Assembly: GCF_003019035.1 (NCBI RefSeq)
Contig: NZ_CP027447.1
From: Escherichia coli
Lineage (GTDB): Bacteria > Pseudomonadota > Gammaproteobacteria > Enterobacterales > Enterobacteriaceae
Direction: 5' to 3' (one strand)
Length of the DNA stretch: 64,000 bases
Positions 31,499-42,803 of the stretch are shown one piece after another; positions within the stretch are counted from its first letter, which is position 1; every line of letters begins with the position of its first letter. A program made the position numbers and the translations under genes. A model generated the notes under the pieces. The model was not told the DNA's origin, did no database searches, and saw only the letters and a list, made by a program, of their open reading frames with translations.

Positions 31499-31851
31499 TC
31501 TCCATGTGTTAAGAGGATAAGCGGGAAAACCGTTACATCAGACAATCAGTAAATGTTGCTAATACATTGGCGACTCGCCGGGTTTCCAGACTTAATGCGT
31601 TTGTAATAAATGTTGGTTCTCTTTTAATAGGAAAACCTTGCTACAAAGTAAATATTTTAAATAACAGTAAGTTTAACTACTGTTGTTTATTGATCGTTTA
31701 GATATTATGTGATTTTTTCATACCGCTCCAAAACACAAACTATTCCTCATTAATAATGAGATGAACATTGGTGAATTGCTCGGGTGTGCGTAGCCATGCC
31801 ACACACACCCTGTTTCAATTTCAGATGACGTATAGCCACCTTAAGATTGAA

Positions 31852-32415
31852 TTATAGATATTGAACTTTGAAGGTCGCATCTGCGTTTGCAGTACCAGCT
31901 ACTGACTGCCCGAGAGCAATATATCGAGCCTGGAACGGCAATATATTCGTGCCATCAATCAAGTCAGTTTTAGCGCTAAAAGTGGCACCATCAAGTATTA
32001 ATACCTCCCCCGTACGGTCCAAAATTTGAATACCAACATTTTGGGCAGAGCCTGCCGCTGAACTCTGCAGCGCTAACGTATCGTCATTACTGGTGACAGT
32101 AGTACCCAGGAATGCAACAGCTGCATTACTGGAAACATTGGTATCACAATCATTCAACTTGATATTGAAGCCAACGGCAGAGCTGAGGTCACCCGCTTTA
32201 GCCAGGCGAGAAGAACGGACCTGACCCAGCTCAACCGTTTGGTTCATTGATTCTGAATCAATCGCACAAGCGGCATTTACCACTTCACCTTTAAAATGAA
32301 TAACACCGCCATTAACAGTGGTCGTTACTGATTCATCACCCTCGGCTGCGCTTACCGCAGCAGACGACATCGCCAACACAGAAACGACAATCATACCGAC
32401 ATGTTTGAGTTTCAT
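31852..32415 (-). CDS. F9 major fimbrial subunit (FimA-like)
   Basis: Start taken at [23 protein letters not shown] (signal peptide); C-terminus …[10 protein letters not shown] is pilin-like. Confidence 0.8.
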   Translation of the reverse strand: MKLKHVGMIVVSVLAMSSAAVSAAEGDESVTTTVNGGVIHFKGEVVNAACAIDSESMNQTVELGQVRSSRLAKAGDLSSAVGFNIKLNDCDTNVSSNAAVAFLGTTVTSNDDTLALQSSAAGSAQNVGIQILDRTGEVLILDGATFSAKTDLIDGTNILPFQARYIALGQSVAGTANADATFKVQYL

Positions 32416-32848
32416 AATTCTCCAAAATTTATATTTAAGTAGCTGAATAAAGAAAGTTAACAATCAAGTCATTCTGTTATTGCTTATAAAACAAGAATCA
32501 TTCTTGATGGGATATTGCCCTGAGAATATAGTTTCCGGGGTTATTACATTTCACGAAGAACGATAATATCTTTAAATTACAAGGACACCTAATCACAACA
32601 AGTTTATTGCAGCACTTGTTGTAGAGAGTATTTGCAAAGACATTTTATGTCGCTAAATAACATGACAATTTCATTATGCATGTTATTTATAAACCGTGAC
32701 TAAACAGAATATTATTGCGAACAAGGGAAGTGTCAGGAAAGGTCAAGAGCGACCAATGGCTTATATGGCTATAAATCATTAGCTATAGTTAATGTTTGCC
32801 TGGTGTAACTAACACGGAATTGCTCTAAACAGATAAGTGCAGGGTTTA

Positions 32849-33103
32849 TTAAAGCTGACCGACAGACTTTCTTAACCTGGTAATATCTCTCTTAGGTGAC
32901 TCTCCAAACATCCGCGAATATTCCCGACAGAAATGGGATAAGCTTTCGTAACCGACAACATAGGCTGCAGTGGTGACATCGTAATGTTCATTCAGCATCA
33001 GTCGCCTGACTTCATTGAGGCGTAGCCATTTCTGATACCGGAGTGGACTCATTCCCGCAAGCTGTCTGAAGTGTTGATGGAAAGAGGGGGTGTTCATTTG
33101 CAC
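32849..33103 (-). pseudogene. yneL: AraC-family regulator remnant (HTH domain only)
   Basis: 84-aa ORF containing only an AraC-type HTH; no intact N-terminal domain upstream. Confidence 0.65.
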
Positions 33104-33383
33104 GCGGTTTGCCAGCCTGACTCTTCAACGCAGGGAAGATGCGGCAAACGGCAAACCTGCATACCAGCCAGCCTATATCCGGTATGCACAGGCCAATCAT
33201 GAAAGAGGAGAGGCTTTATGTTCTGGAACCCTGAAGTAATAACGACGACCGAAAAATCGCTTCGCATCACTCAAATTACATTTAACATAATATACATTAT
33301 GCGCACCAACATAAACCAAGGGAGAATCCAGTCGTTGGCGGTCATGATTGTCCTGCTCATTAACAACGGCCAAACCCCATATC

Positions 33384-34706
33384 TTACTTAATACCGTATT
33401 CTCGGCTTAACCGACGGTGCAACCTTAACACATTGGTTTCAACTGCCGTCACCACGTTCTCCGGAAAATCTGTCGGTAATGAAGTCTTCACATGATCCAG
33501 TGCTGCCGGAATCATTCTGGCAAAGTCACTCAGGATTTCATGCATCTGCACTTGCGGAAATTTCAGCACCTTTGCTGTCGCCAGAAAATGTCGCGGATAA
33601 ATTTTATCGATTGCCGTTTTTTTGCCTTTGGATGCGTTAAGCCCCATTGCCAGTTTGAGATCGCTGATGTGTATTCCTGCGCCACCCAATACCGGAAATG
33701 CTGAAATGATGTCGTAAAATGGCGTGAGTCGATAACTGCCGCCAGCCTGAATAAATACGGAGAAGTTTTTTGCATGGCCATCCGTTGCGCCAATCAACCA
33801 CTGGAAGACCTGGAATTTCATAAAATCATAACGATCTTTCAGCGCCTCGCTGGACCCCATCAAAAAAGCCATGATCCGCGCGATGCCTGGGCCTCCATCT
33901 GATTCATATTTCACCGATGAAGGTAAACCAAATGTCTGACACATATCCTCCTGTGGCAAGCGAAGTAAAACCGTTCGCTCAGTATTCCAACGCCTGTCAA
34001 AACGTTCGACCGCTAACGCGCGCACATTTCCCGCTTTAATGATTTCTGCGTCCGGCACATTCAACCCAAGTTCTTTCGCCAGCAGCAGACAGTAATACTC
34101 ATTATCAACGCTTTGGCTGAGATCGAGCGTCGCATTGGGCTGCCTGATTTCGCCAATCGGTAATTTAATGATGTGCGTCGTCGGCGTTATTCCTTTCGGA
34201 ATGCACCAGTCATTGCCTATTCTGAGCAGTGCTGTCTTCTCCTGTGCGCCAGCAACCGAGATGCGAAAGTCATTTTCTTCTCTAATCATGCCTAGCGGGA
34301 TATCTGCTTTATAAGCCGTTAATACTTCTTCAAGTCTGGCTTCAGTAAGCTTTTCCCATGCCATTATCGGACGCGTTACGGTTTCGTCTTCGGGTATTAA
34401 CGTCACAGCACCAACGCTGTCTCGCCCTATTTCTGACAATAAATCAAACGGTTGTCTGGATTTAGCATGATAACGTTTAACGATCCGGTCACGTACAATC
34501 GGGCTATCGGGTAGCAGGTTATCGAAGAAGTTAAATACAGCATCAGAGGTGATATTCCCCCTCTGCAATGGCAGCGAAAGTGATAACGGTCTGGCATAAC
34601 GGTTGGCTAACCACTCCGGTGCATACTTAAAGGTGTGCGCGCCGTTGGCTAACTTCGTTAACTCGCCTACCCGCTGGTTGTTCATCCAGGTGACAAGTTT
34701 AGGCAT
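33384..34706 (-). CDS. hipA: HipA serine/threonine kinase toxin
   Basis: 440 aa from MPKLVTWMNNQRVGEL; start overlaps the hipB stop by 1 nt. Confidence 0.95.
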   Translation of the reverse strand: MPKLVTWMNNQRVGELTKLANGAHTFKYAPEWLANRYARPLSLSLPLQRGNITSDAVFNFFDNLLPDSPIVRDRIVKRYHAKSRQPFDLLSEIGRDSVGAVTLIPEDETVTRPIMAWEKLTEARLEEVLTAYKADIPLGMIREENDFRISVAGAQEKTALLRIGNDWCIPKGITPTTHIIKLPIGEIRQPNATLDLSQSVDNEYYCLLLAKELGLNVPDAEIIKAGNVRALAVERFDRRWNTERTVLLRLPQEDMCQTFGLPSSVKYESDGGPGIARIMAFLMGSSEALKDRYDFMKFQVFQWLIGATDGHAKNFSVFIQAGGSYRLTPFYDIISAFPVLGGAGIHISDLKLAMGLNASKGKKTAIDKIYPRHFLATAKVLKFPQVQMHEILSDFARMIPAALDHVKTSLPTDFPENVVTAVETNVLRLHRRLSREYGIK

Positions 34707-34972
34707 TACCACTCCAGATCTTGCTGTTCTGTTGATTCTGGCGAGGCATTTTTCGTGTCGCATAGCGTCATTGAGAGTTCAAGCGACTGTAAAATCTTAA
34801 AAAATGTCGTGAGCGTGGTATTGTCAGGGTTGTTTTCGAAATTGGAAATTGTCGCCTGCTTAATACCGATTTTTTTCGCCAGCTCGCTCTGCGTCCAGCC
34901 ATTTTGCTGACGAACCAGTTTCATTGCATTCGCTAATTGCGTTGGGTTATAGATCTTCTGAAAGCTCATCAT
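34706..34972 (-). CDS. hipB: HipB antitoxin (Cro/C1-type HTH)
   Basis: 88 aa from MMSFQKIY. Confidence 0.93.
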   Translation of the reverse strand: MMSFQKIYNPTQLANAMKLVRQQNGWTQSELAKKIGIKQATISNFENNPDNTTLTTFFKILQSLELSMTLCDTKNASPESTEQQDLEW

Positions 34973-34983
34973 GTCATACGTCC

Positions 34984-35097
34984 ACAGCATATTTATCCGC
35001 TCAAGGGGATATTATCAGTTTTATCCTTTAGTGGGGATAAAGTCAATCAGGAAACACATCTTATCCGCTCTACGGGATAAACACTGTGATATCCGCG
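34984..35097 (-). promoter_or_regulatory. hipBA promoter with four HipB operators (TATCC-N8-GGATA)
   Basis: Perfect TATCC-N8-GGATA at 34984-35001, 35012-35029, 35052-35069 and 35080-35097. Confidence 0.9.
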
Positions 35098-35182
35098 ATC
35101 GCGGATAAAAAGGAGGATTTAAAAGTCGTTTGAAGTCGGCAATATTAAGCCGCATGCATCTTCGACATGCGGCTTATACGGT

Positions 35183-38100
35183 TTACCAGCTATATTTCAC
35201 ACCCAGCATGCCCTGAGTATCGCTATAGCCTTTATCACCTAGTTGCACACCGACATTCCCCCACAGGCTAAGGTTGTTATTTACTTTCGCCTCAACCCCG
35301 GTACGTACTTCACCGAGATTACGCGCACCATCACGGCTTACGTTTTGACCATTCATCTTCACGGCGTAGACTTTGCTGTTGTTGATCCAGTTCGCTTCAA
35401 TGTAAGGCTGGAACTCACGCTGTTTACCATTGTCACGCTGGTGATGACTGTTCTGGTAGGTTTTCACCCCAAGTCGTGTTTGCACGTTTCCGTCTCCTTC
35501 CGTTTCAATGCGTGTTCCGTCTTTCCGGGTATGGTCAGAATCTTTCACACCCATCCAGGTGATTTGTACCTGTGGCTGGACGTACCAGGTATTCAGCGTC
35601 CCTTCGCTGCCGCTAAATGTTCCCGCTTCAAAGGTATACCCACCCTCAACAGAGGCCGTCACACCGCGAGAATCATAGTCGTCAGCAGAACGGTTATCGG
35701 AACTGACGCTGTTATCAAACCAGTTATACAGCGCCCAGCTGTCAACATAAGCGCCGGTCTTATTCGCATCGTTCTGATACCAGGTCGCGTACAGTCCTGC
35801 GCTGTAACCGCTGATGCGCCCATCCGATTTATAACCCACATGATTACTCTGAGTATTACTGTGCTGATTGGCATAGCCTGCCATCACGCCGAGATGCCAG
35901 CGATCCTGCGCGTTGCTACTCCACTGCGCCAAATCGCCGCCTAGCTGCAATACATAGCGGTTAGCCTGAGTATTTAGCTGACCATCACCGGTCCTGAAAC
36001 GTTCGTGCCCTCCGACATGACGCATCCATATACTGGTTGCCGAATCCTGAACTCGCAGTGAATCTGTATACTGCGGCTCACCCAGACGGTCGTGTAAGCG
36101 ATGGCTAAACAGCGAGTTGGCTGCGGCAATGTTGCTGATATAGCTTCCGGCCTCCGGGCGATAAACTGATGGGCCTTCCGGATCCACAACAGGGGGATTA
36201 TTGATGGGATCGGGTGTATCCGCTGGCGTTACGCCGTCCCATTTACTGGTCAGATACCAGTTTTTCTCGTCATTCCCCTTCCCTTTAGCCAGCGTGTAGA
36301 CGTAAGCCCCAGCTTCGACAGTTCCGGTGGTCAGCGCGAAGTTACCTGCAGAATTACCGCCAACCTCAATGAGTTCAATACCGTTGACCGTTTGTGCACC
36401 GACGCCGCCAATGTTATTAACCCGAACGCGGGTATTGCCCTGCGTATCACCTTTTACGTTCATTTTATCCGTGGGGGAATTATCGCTACCCAGCGTCGCG
36501 TTGAACGTCATCAGGCCATTGTTTCCGGTATAGTTACCGTTAACGGTCAGTACATTCCCCGGTTTCCCCCCTTCGCTGTTCATTTGAACCGTGCCACCAT
36601 TCTCCAGGTTACCGCCGACAGTGGTTTTAGCGACACGCAGTGTCCCCCCAGGCATAACGTTCACATCACCTGCAGTGGTGACATTTCCCGACATCACACC
36701 GCTGTTATGGATATTAATGTGCTGACTTGCCATATTAATGGCAGAGTCGGAACCGAAAGCAATTTCACCACCCACGATATCCGTCGTACCCTGGTACGCC
36801 GCGGAATCGTTGTTAAGAGTCAGGATCCCGGACCCCAGTTTTGTCACACCGCCGCTACCGGTGATACTGTGCGTCATCGCCCAGCTACGCTCAGTGGAGA
36901 TGGTGAGCAGGCCATTATTGATAACGGAAGCATCACCCAGGTTTTTCTGCTCGTTGACGCTGAGCGCGCTGCCTGTATCAATGTTGAATTGCCCCACAAA
37001 GCGGCTATTATCGCCATCCAGCTCTACGTCTGTCCTGGCGGTTGCGCTCACGATACCCTTCCCGCTTATGCTATTACGCAGTTCGCCGGTCACGTTTTTT
37101 AGCGTTAACAGACCGTCATTGGCAATATTTCCTCTGCCTAACCCCTGCGTATTATCGAGGCTGACTTCCGCATTTGGGCTAACGCTGGTTAACGCATTGT
37201 AGCGTGCATTAAGCCCCTCGATAGCCAGCGTTCCCCCTGTAACATTCAGGTTTCCGCCACCTGTCAGTTCACCCTGACTGATCCCACCTTTATTCACCGT
37301 CAGCGACCCTTCTTTGAACAAAACAGTCGAACCCATCTGCCCGGTGAATGTCTCTACCGTCTGCGTCGATCCATTAAGATCGACGATGGCCGCGTTGCTG
37401 ATGTTCAGTTCCCGGGTGTTGCCCAGCGCGCCATCCGCATCGGTACGTAATGTCCCCATCTGAACGTAGGTTGCCCCCTGATAGTCGTTCTGACCGTTGG
37501 AAAGCGAAACCTGTCGCACCGTATTGATTGCCAGATCCCCTTCACCACCGATTTTTGCCGACATATCGGCCGTTGCGCCATAGGCTCCGCCATGTTCGGC
37601 TAATGTCAGCTTTTGCCCACCATGGATGTTCAGCGCTTTCAGCCCATAGTTAACGTACAAACCATCACCTGGTGCGGTCGTGAGGCGGAATCCATAATCA
37701 CCCTCGGCGACCACCGTTCCGTTTTGCGCAATGTGTAACGTTTTGTCCGCTTCCACCTCGTCGCCCTGTAAATCACGTAACGTTAATGAGCCACCCGACC
37801 CAATAACCGTTTGCGCCTTCACCAGTTGAACGCCGACATGGTTATCATCGTGTTCCAGCAAATTGAGCGTCGTCAGAGGGTTATTCGCCATGGGATCATT
37901 CCACGGTTTAGGCACGTCGATAAGCACGTCGCCCGTCCCGTTTACCTGATAGTTACGGCCTTTCCAGGTGTAGTCACCCGCGCCGACAGCCAGCGTATCG
38001 ACGCTGATATATCCCTCCGCAAGCGTCGCAGCAGGTATATCCGTATCGAAAGTGAGCGTACCGCCATTCATGGCTAGTCCACCAATGGATTGCTCTCCCA

Positions 38101-40603
38101 CGTTTACCGATGTGGTATTTTCACTGTCAGACTGAAGCATCGCGTGAGTAAGCGCAGCGGTGTTGTCGCGTTCCAGTGTGAAGGTACTGTCTTTCAGTTG
38201 GACAACACCGGCGAATTCAGTTCCTGTTGCATGGGTAAAGCCAAACATTTTGTCGGAGGATGACAGCTGCACTCGCATCAAGCCATCGCCTTTGAGCGCA
38301 TTGGTCAGCGTGTAATCTCCTGCGCTGTTCGTTGATGCGAGAATGTCGAGCGTACCGGGGCTTGCAATGGTGACTTCACTCGAACCCATGCCCGTTACCC
38401 CATCTGCCGTATGTGACGCAATGGTCAGGAGGCCGTCATTGACCAGCGTTTTACCGCTATAAGTATTCCCTGCATTGAACACCGTATGGCCTGCATCATG
38501 TATCACTTTTCCGTCTTTATCGTCACCCGTAATCAGCATATCGACCTGGTAGCCGGCATCACTGTTATTGGTATGATTAAAGACAAAAACACCTTCGCCA
38601 GAACCAAACTCTACTTTCGTCGCGTTGGCGATAAACCCGGCATCTGCCGCCGCCTCACCGTGAGCAGCACCAATGTTTAGCGTTCCTACAGCAGGTTCAA
38701 AAAGACCTAAGTAAACTTCGCCACCTTCGACATTCAGCGTGCCGTTATTCGTCAGGGTTAACGTACCCGTACCAGACGTCCCTACATTCATATTGAATGT
38801 TTCAAGAAGAGAGTTCTGCCCATCCACCCGCACGTCGCCCTTACTTTTGTCATTCAGAGCTATCTGTGTATCACGCGCTTTAACTATACCTCCGGTGGTA
38901 ATATTCAGTTCACCCGTACCTAATACACCGACCTGTAGCAATTGGGCGTTAGTAGATGACGTTTTTAAATTCCAGAGACTATCCGTTGAAATATTAACTA
39001 TCCCCTTACCGGAGGCATTTCCTCCGATAAATCCATAGCCCGTTGAATTAAGGGTGGCACCATTACTGACATTTACGATGCCGCTACCAAAATTACCGAC
39101 ATTGATACCTACAGTATCGAACGATGATGTCGCATCCATCAGGTTCAGTGTGCCGATACCGCTTGCTTTATCGCCCAAAAAAGTAATATTTTGCGATACG
39201 AACTTACCGCCATCGCTGATATTGAGGTTTCCGACGCCCGCAACACCAATGGTGGTGTAGACATTCTTATTGACCTCCCATATCCCCCCCGTGGTGATGC
39301 TAACCTTCCCGACGCCGGTTTCTCCATAACCGAGTGAACTTCCTCCGTTGCTGACAACAAGCCCCTCATTACTGATATTCATTTCGCCGTGGCCGTCATA
39401 ACCAAGATTAGTTCCGAGATTAGTGATAACGGAGTTCTTATCCTTAACAGTAATGTTGCCTGTGCCTGTTTCTTTCATCCCCGCAGTGATAATTCCCGAA
39501 TCTACTTTGCCTTCACTAGAGACATTAAGTTCACCGTCGCCAGCATCACCGATATAGATATAGCGGAAAGCTTCGCCCGTTCCGAGGAAATTCCAATGCC
39601 CTTTATCGGTCACGTTGACGACACCGTGGGAACCGTCCTGAACGCCCACCAATGAATATTCTTTGTTATTAATCAGTCCATTATTGGAAATATTGACTTT
39701 GCCATTACCGAAATATCCATTATAGAGTCTGCGTACCGTGATGACAGAGTCTTGATCCTGCACATTCAGGGTTCCGATACCGGTGGCATTGCCTCCGATA
39801 ATCGTATTTTCAGCCGTAATTAGCCCACCCTCGCGAATAGTCGCTTCCCCAGTTCCTTGATTACCAATTTGAAATTCAATTGAGGAATCGTTATTTTTTA
39901 TTAGCCACTCACCGCCCTTTTCAACGACAACCTTACCATTACTGTTCGCTTGATATCCTACAGTGGCGACTATTGAACTCGTGACGTAACCCTTATCCGT
40001 AATATTTAATGAGCCCGTACCGTAACTCCCTATTTCGAATAATTCGGTCGTCAGAACCGAGTCCTCTCCCTCAACATTAACCGTCCCGACGCCTCCTGTC
40101 GAAGAACCTATCCTTAAATATCCTCCGTCAACGTGACCCTTCTGTTTAATATTCAGCGTCCCCGTTCCGGATTGACCCACATTTAAAGGCCTTGCATTAT
40201 TTCCGCTATCATACAATCGCCAGGTCCCACCCAAAACATTAACGGTGCCCTCCGAGTCCTCATTAGCGCCAATGACGCTGGTAGTAATAGTGGTTAAGGA
40301 AGCATTACCGCCAGCCAAAATATTAAGCACTCCAGTGCCATACCAGCCAACCAGGTAGGCATCATAAGCAACATCAGTATCAATATTGGTAATCTGACCA
40401 TTATCAACTTCCAGACTCGCACCAGACGCTGAACCGCTTAGTGCCAGCAAAACACCCAGCGTCAATCTACTGAGTTTCGTTGTCAGTCCAGAGGATTTAC
40501 GCAAATTAACCGTCGATGTTTTACCTACCCTGCGAGTTAATTCAGAGCAGGCCTGAAATACCTGTAGAGTGCAATTCCATATCACGCGATAGATTCTATT
40601 CAT
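35183..40603 (-). CDS. yneO: AIDA-type autotransporter adhesin, intact 1806 aa (yneO/ydeK pseudogene locus in K-12)
   Basis: Extended signal peptide MNRIYRVIWN…; repetitive glycine-rich passenger; C-terminal beta-domain ending …GVKYSW. Confidence 0.85.
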   Translation of the reverse strand: MNRIYRVIWNCTLQVFQACSELTRRVGKTSTVNLRKSSGLTTKLSRLTLGVLLALSGSASGASLEVDNGQITNIDTDVAYDAYLVGWYGTGVLNILAGGNASLTTITTSVIGANEDSEGTVNVLGGTWRLYDSGNNARPLNVGQSGTGTLNIKQKGHVDGGYLRIGSSTGGVGTVNVEGEDSVLTTELFEIGSYGTGSLNITDKGYVTSSIVATVGYQANSNGKVVVEKGGEWLIKNNDSSIEFQIGNQGTGEATIREGGLITAENTIIGGNATGIGTLNVQDQDSVITVRRLYNGYFGNGKVNISNNGLINNKEYSLVGVQDGSHGVVNVTDKGHWNFLGTGEAFRYIYIGDAGDGELNVSSEGKVDSGIITAGMKETGTGNITVKDKNSVITNLGTNLGYDGHGEMNISNEGLVVSNGGSSLGYGETGVGKVSITTGGIWEVNKNVYTTIGVAGVGNLNISDGGKFVSQNITFLGDKASGIGTLNLMDATSSFDTVGINVGNFGSGIVNVSNGATLNSTGYGFIGGNASGKGIVNISTDSLWNLKTSSTNAQLLQVGVLGTGELNITTGGIVKARDTQIALNDKSKGDVRVDGQNSLLETFNMNVGTSGTGTLTLTNNGTLNVEGGEVYLGLFEPAVGTLNIGAAHGEAAADAGFIANATKVEFGSGEGVFVFNHTNNSDAGYQVDMLITGDDKDGKVIHDAGHTVFNAGNTYSGKTLVNDGLLTIASHTADGVTGMGSSEVTIASPGTLDILASTNSAGDYTLTNALKGDGLMRVQLSSSDKMFGFTHATGTEFAGVVQLKDSTFTLERDNTAALTHAMLQSDSENTTSVNVGEQSIGGLAMNGGTLTFDTDIPAATLAEGYISVDTLAVGAGDYTWKGRNYQVNGTGDVLIDVPKPWNDPMANNPLTTLNLLEHDDNHVGVQLVKAQTVIGSGGSLTLRDLQGDEVEADKTLHIAQNGTVVAEGDYGFRLTTAPGDGLYVNYGLKALNIHGGQKLTLAEHGGAYGATADMSAKIGGEGDLAINTVRQVSLSNGQNDYQGATYVQMGTLRTDADGALGNTRELNISNAAIVDLNGSTQTVETFTGQMGSTVLFKEGSLTVNKGGISQGELTGGGNLNVTGGTLAIEGLNARYNALTSVSPNAEVSLDNTQGLGRGNIANDGLLTLKNVTGELRNSISGKGIVSATARTDVELDGDNSRFVGQFNIDTGSALSVNEQKNLGDASVINNGLLTISTERSWAMTHSITGSGGVTKLGSGILTLNNDSAAYQGTTDIVGGEIAFGSDSAINMASQHINIHNSGVMSGNVTTAGDVNVMPGGTLRVAKTTVGGNLENGGTVQMNSEGGKPGNVLTVNGNYTGNNGLMTFNATLGSDNSPTDKMNVKGDTQGNTRVRVNNIGGVGAQTVNGIELIEVGGNSAGNFALTTGTVEAGAYVYTLAKGKGNDEKNWYLTSKWDGVTPADTPDPINNPPVVDPEGPSVYRPEAGSYISNIAAANSLFSHRLHDRLGEPQYTDSLRVQDSATSIWMRHVGGHERFRTGDGQLNTQANRYVLQLGGDLAQWSSNAQDRWHLGVMAGYANQHSNTQSNHVGYKSDGRISGYSAGLYATWYQNDANKTGAYVDSWALYNWFDNSVSSDNRSADDYDSRGVTASVEGGYTFEAGTFSGSEGTLNTWYVQPQVQITWMGVKDSDHTRKDGTRIETEGDGNVQTRLGVKTYQNSHHQRDNGKQREFQPYIEANWINNSKVYAVKMNGQNVSRDGARNLGEVRTGVEAKVNNNLSLWGNVGVQLGDKGYSDTQGMLGVKYSW

Positions 40604-41132
40604 ATAAACGCTCCATATACAAACAATACAGCCACGAAAGAGATGAGTCGCCAGACATTAAAAATGAAACTTATTAAATTGTCAGAGGTCTGTATTGAGT
40701 GTTAGTTGGAGATGGGAAGGTGTCAATTTGGCTAATTTGCTAATGCTTTCGAATTGATAGATTAAAAATTGCATAGTTCTTATTTTATTTAAAAATGAAC
40801 TATGAGTTATTGTTGCTTAATAAGAAAAATGTTTCTTTCAATAAGAAAATTACCATCATCATATTTAACAAAGAATAGCACCAATTGCTAAAAAAGAACT
40901 CTATTAAAACTCTTTTTCATTCATTTATGCTTTTAGGAATATTCGCTATAAAATAAGGGTTATGCTTAATGCTTTAAGAAAAATAGCAATTTCCCCTTGA
41001 ATATAGTACTGGCGATGGAACGATGAATCTGCAAGCTGGCATTTAACAAGCCAGTTCTAAAAGAAGGGAAATAAGAATAACTATACTCAAAAACTAACAG
41101 CCACGGTCATCATGATGTGGCTGTCAATGAAA

Positions 41133-42725
41133 CTATAACCCAGGCGCTTTCCATAACGACGTCGTCAGTCCATGATCAACCAGCCCCAGCTGATCCTGAT
41201 AAACTGCCTGCCACTTATCGCGTGAATCCTGATAAAGTTCATGCTTTTCTGGGTCTGGTGTGTGCGTCCGTTCCCAGCGAACCAGGCGTTCTCCGGTTTC
41301 TGCCATTGATGAAAAAATTCCGGCACCGACGCCAGCTGCAATGGCACATCCTAATGCAGTGGCTTCTTTGACCACCGGAATATTGACGGGTAATCCCGAG
41401 ACATCAGCGAGAATTTGACTCCATAATTTCCCTTTTGAACCTCCGCCTGCAAAGACCAGAGCGGTGGGATGAATATTCGAAAAATCAGCAATTTGCTGCA
41501 AGTTACACGCTGATACAATCGCCGCATTTTCTTCCAGCGCACGGAACAATGTCGCTTTGTTACATTTATCCGGGTCAATGGACAAGTTAATAAAGGAAGG
41601 CGCAGCGTGATACCAGGTTTTAAAGCGCATTCTGTCGGAGAATATCGGCATTACGCCCCACGACCCAGGCGGCACCCGACTGGCCATCTCTTCAAGCAGC
41701 GTATAGGTGTCGATGCCTAAACGTTCGGCAATCAGTTTTTCTTCGGCACAGAAAGCATCGCGGAACCAGCGCATGGTGAGTCCGGTAAAAAAGCTTATAG
41801 ATTCAGCTTGTACCATGCCAGGAATAACATGGGGATTAACGCGCACGTTCATTTCTGGGTCTGTCACCGGCGCGGCTAAGTTTACAACTTGCTGCCAGAA
41901 TGTACCGCCAAGAACCGCGGTTTGTGCCGGACGGACAACGCCTAACCCCAGGCAACCAAGCTGCACGTCACCTCCTCCAACGACCACCGGAGTGCCCGCC
42001 TTCAGACCGCAGAGTTCCGCCGCTTGTGAACTTACCACGCCCAGCAATGTGCCGGTTTCTTTGACAGGAGAAAGAATATCGGCCCGCAGTCCGGCCATAT
42101 CCAGCAATGCAGGTTTCCAGTCACGGGTGGTTAGATCAAGAAGTCCCGTGGTGCCAGCGTTAGAGGGATCCACCGCCAGTTCGCCGCTGAGCATATAGGC
42201 CAGCCAGTCGCTGATCATGGTGATGGTCGACGCCTGTCGGTAGATATCGGAACGATGGTGCGCCAGCCAAAGTAATCTGGGGATGGCGCTTAAAGCCAGC
42301 GTTTGCCCGGTCGCTCGATAAACTTTGTTTTCAAAGGTATTGTTGTGCAGTTCTTTAAGTTCGCTAACTTCGCGCGCCGCTCTGGCATCCACATTGGCGC
42401 AGGCCCAGATCGGTGTTCCATCATTGTTATATAAAACAATGCCTTCACGCATCGAACATGCCGAAACGGCAGCGATATACTCCGGGGCTATGCCGGCGTT
42501 GTGCAGCGCCTGGCGCATACACTCACACGCCAGTTGCCAGTTTTTGTTGAGATCAAATTCCATAGAACCAGGAACGTCCGGTACTGCCAGGTGCCGCCAC
42601 TCCGCCTGTCCCACGGCTATTTGATTGCCTTCCAGGTCGAATATCACAGCCCGAATACTTCCGGTACCTGCATCCAGCGCCATCAGGTAATACTTTGATT
42701 CTGAAGGGGTAAAGAGTCGAGCCAT
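41133..42725 (-). CDS. lsrK: Autoinducer-2 kinase
   Basis: 530-aa FGGY-family kinase matching LsrK. Confidence 0.93.
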   Translation of the reverse strand: MARLFTPSESKYYLMALDAGTGSIRAVIFDLEGNQIAVGQAEWRHLAVPDVPGSMEFDLNKNWQLACECMRQALHNAGIAPEYIAAVSACSMREGIVLYNNDGTPIWACANVDARAAREVSELKELHNNTFENKVYRATGQTLALSAIPRLLWLAHHRSDIYRQASTITMISDWLAYMLSGELAVDPSNAGTTGLLDLTTRDWKPALLDMAGLRADILSPVKETGTLLGVVSSQAAELCGLKAGTPVVVGGGDVQLGCLGLGVVRPAQTAVLGGTFWQQVVNLAAPVTDPEMNVRVNPHVIPGMVQAESISFFTGLTMRWFRDAFCAEEKLIAERLGIDTYTLLEEMASRVPPGSWGVMPIFSDRMRFKTWYHAAPSFINLSIDPDKCNKATLFRALEENAAIVSACNLQQIADFSNIHPTALVFAGGGSKGKLWSQILADVSGLPVNIPVVKEATALGCAIAAGVGAGIFSSMAETGERLVRWERTHTPDPEKHELYQDSRDKWQAVYQDQLGLVDHGLTTSLWKAPGL

Positions 42726-42803
42726 TAGATTATCCTCGGCTTATGCGTTCTGTCTGTTCCTCTATACGTTCTCCATCATTCCCGGTAATAAGGTCATGCA
42801 AAT

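Noticed and set aside
33012-33200. 62-aa minus-strand ORF upstream of the yneL remnant, as a possible continuation of yneL
   Set aside because: Its translation has no AraC-like features, so I treat yneL as a simple remnant rather than a reconstructable frameshifted gene.
34707-34763. N-terminal extension of the hipA ORF (459 versus 440 aa)
   Set aside because: The HipA start at MPKLVTW overlaps the hipB stop, as expected for the operon; the extension would lie inside hipB.
35243-37202. Several long plus-strand ORFs (233, 236 and 154 aa) inside the autotransporter gene
   Set aside because: They are antisense to a well-supported 1806-aa gene and have low-complexity, biased compositions; frame artefacts of a repetitive GC-rich gene.
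40604-41132. AT-rich 0.5-kb intergenic region as a possible sRNA or small-protein locus
   Set aside because: No convincing promoter-plus-terminator pair or conserved small ORF is visible; more likely the silenced promoter region of the autotransporter.
41707-42698. Plus-strand ORFs (163, 99 and 65 aa) inside lsrK
   Set aside because: Antisense to lsrK; Ser/Pro/Ala-rich translations typical of GC-rich antisense frames.
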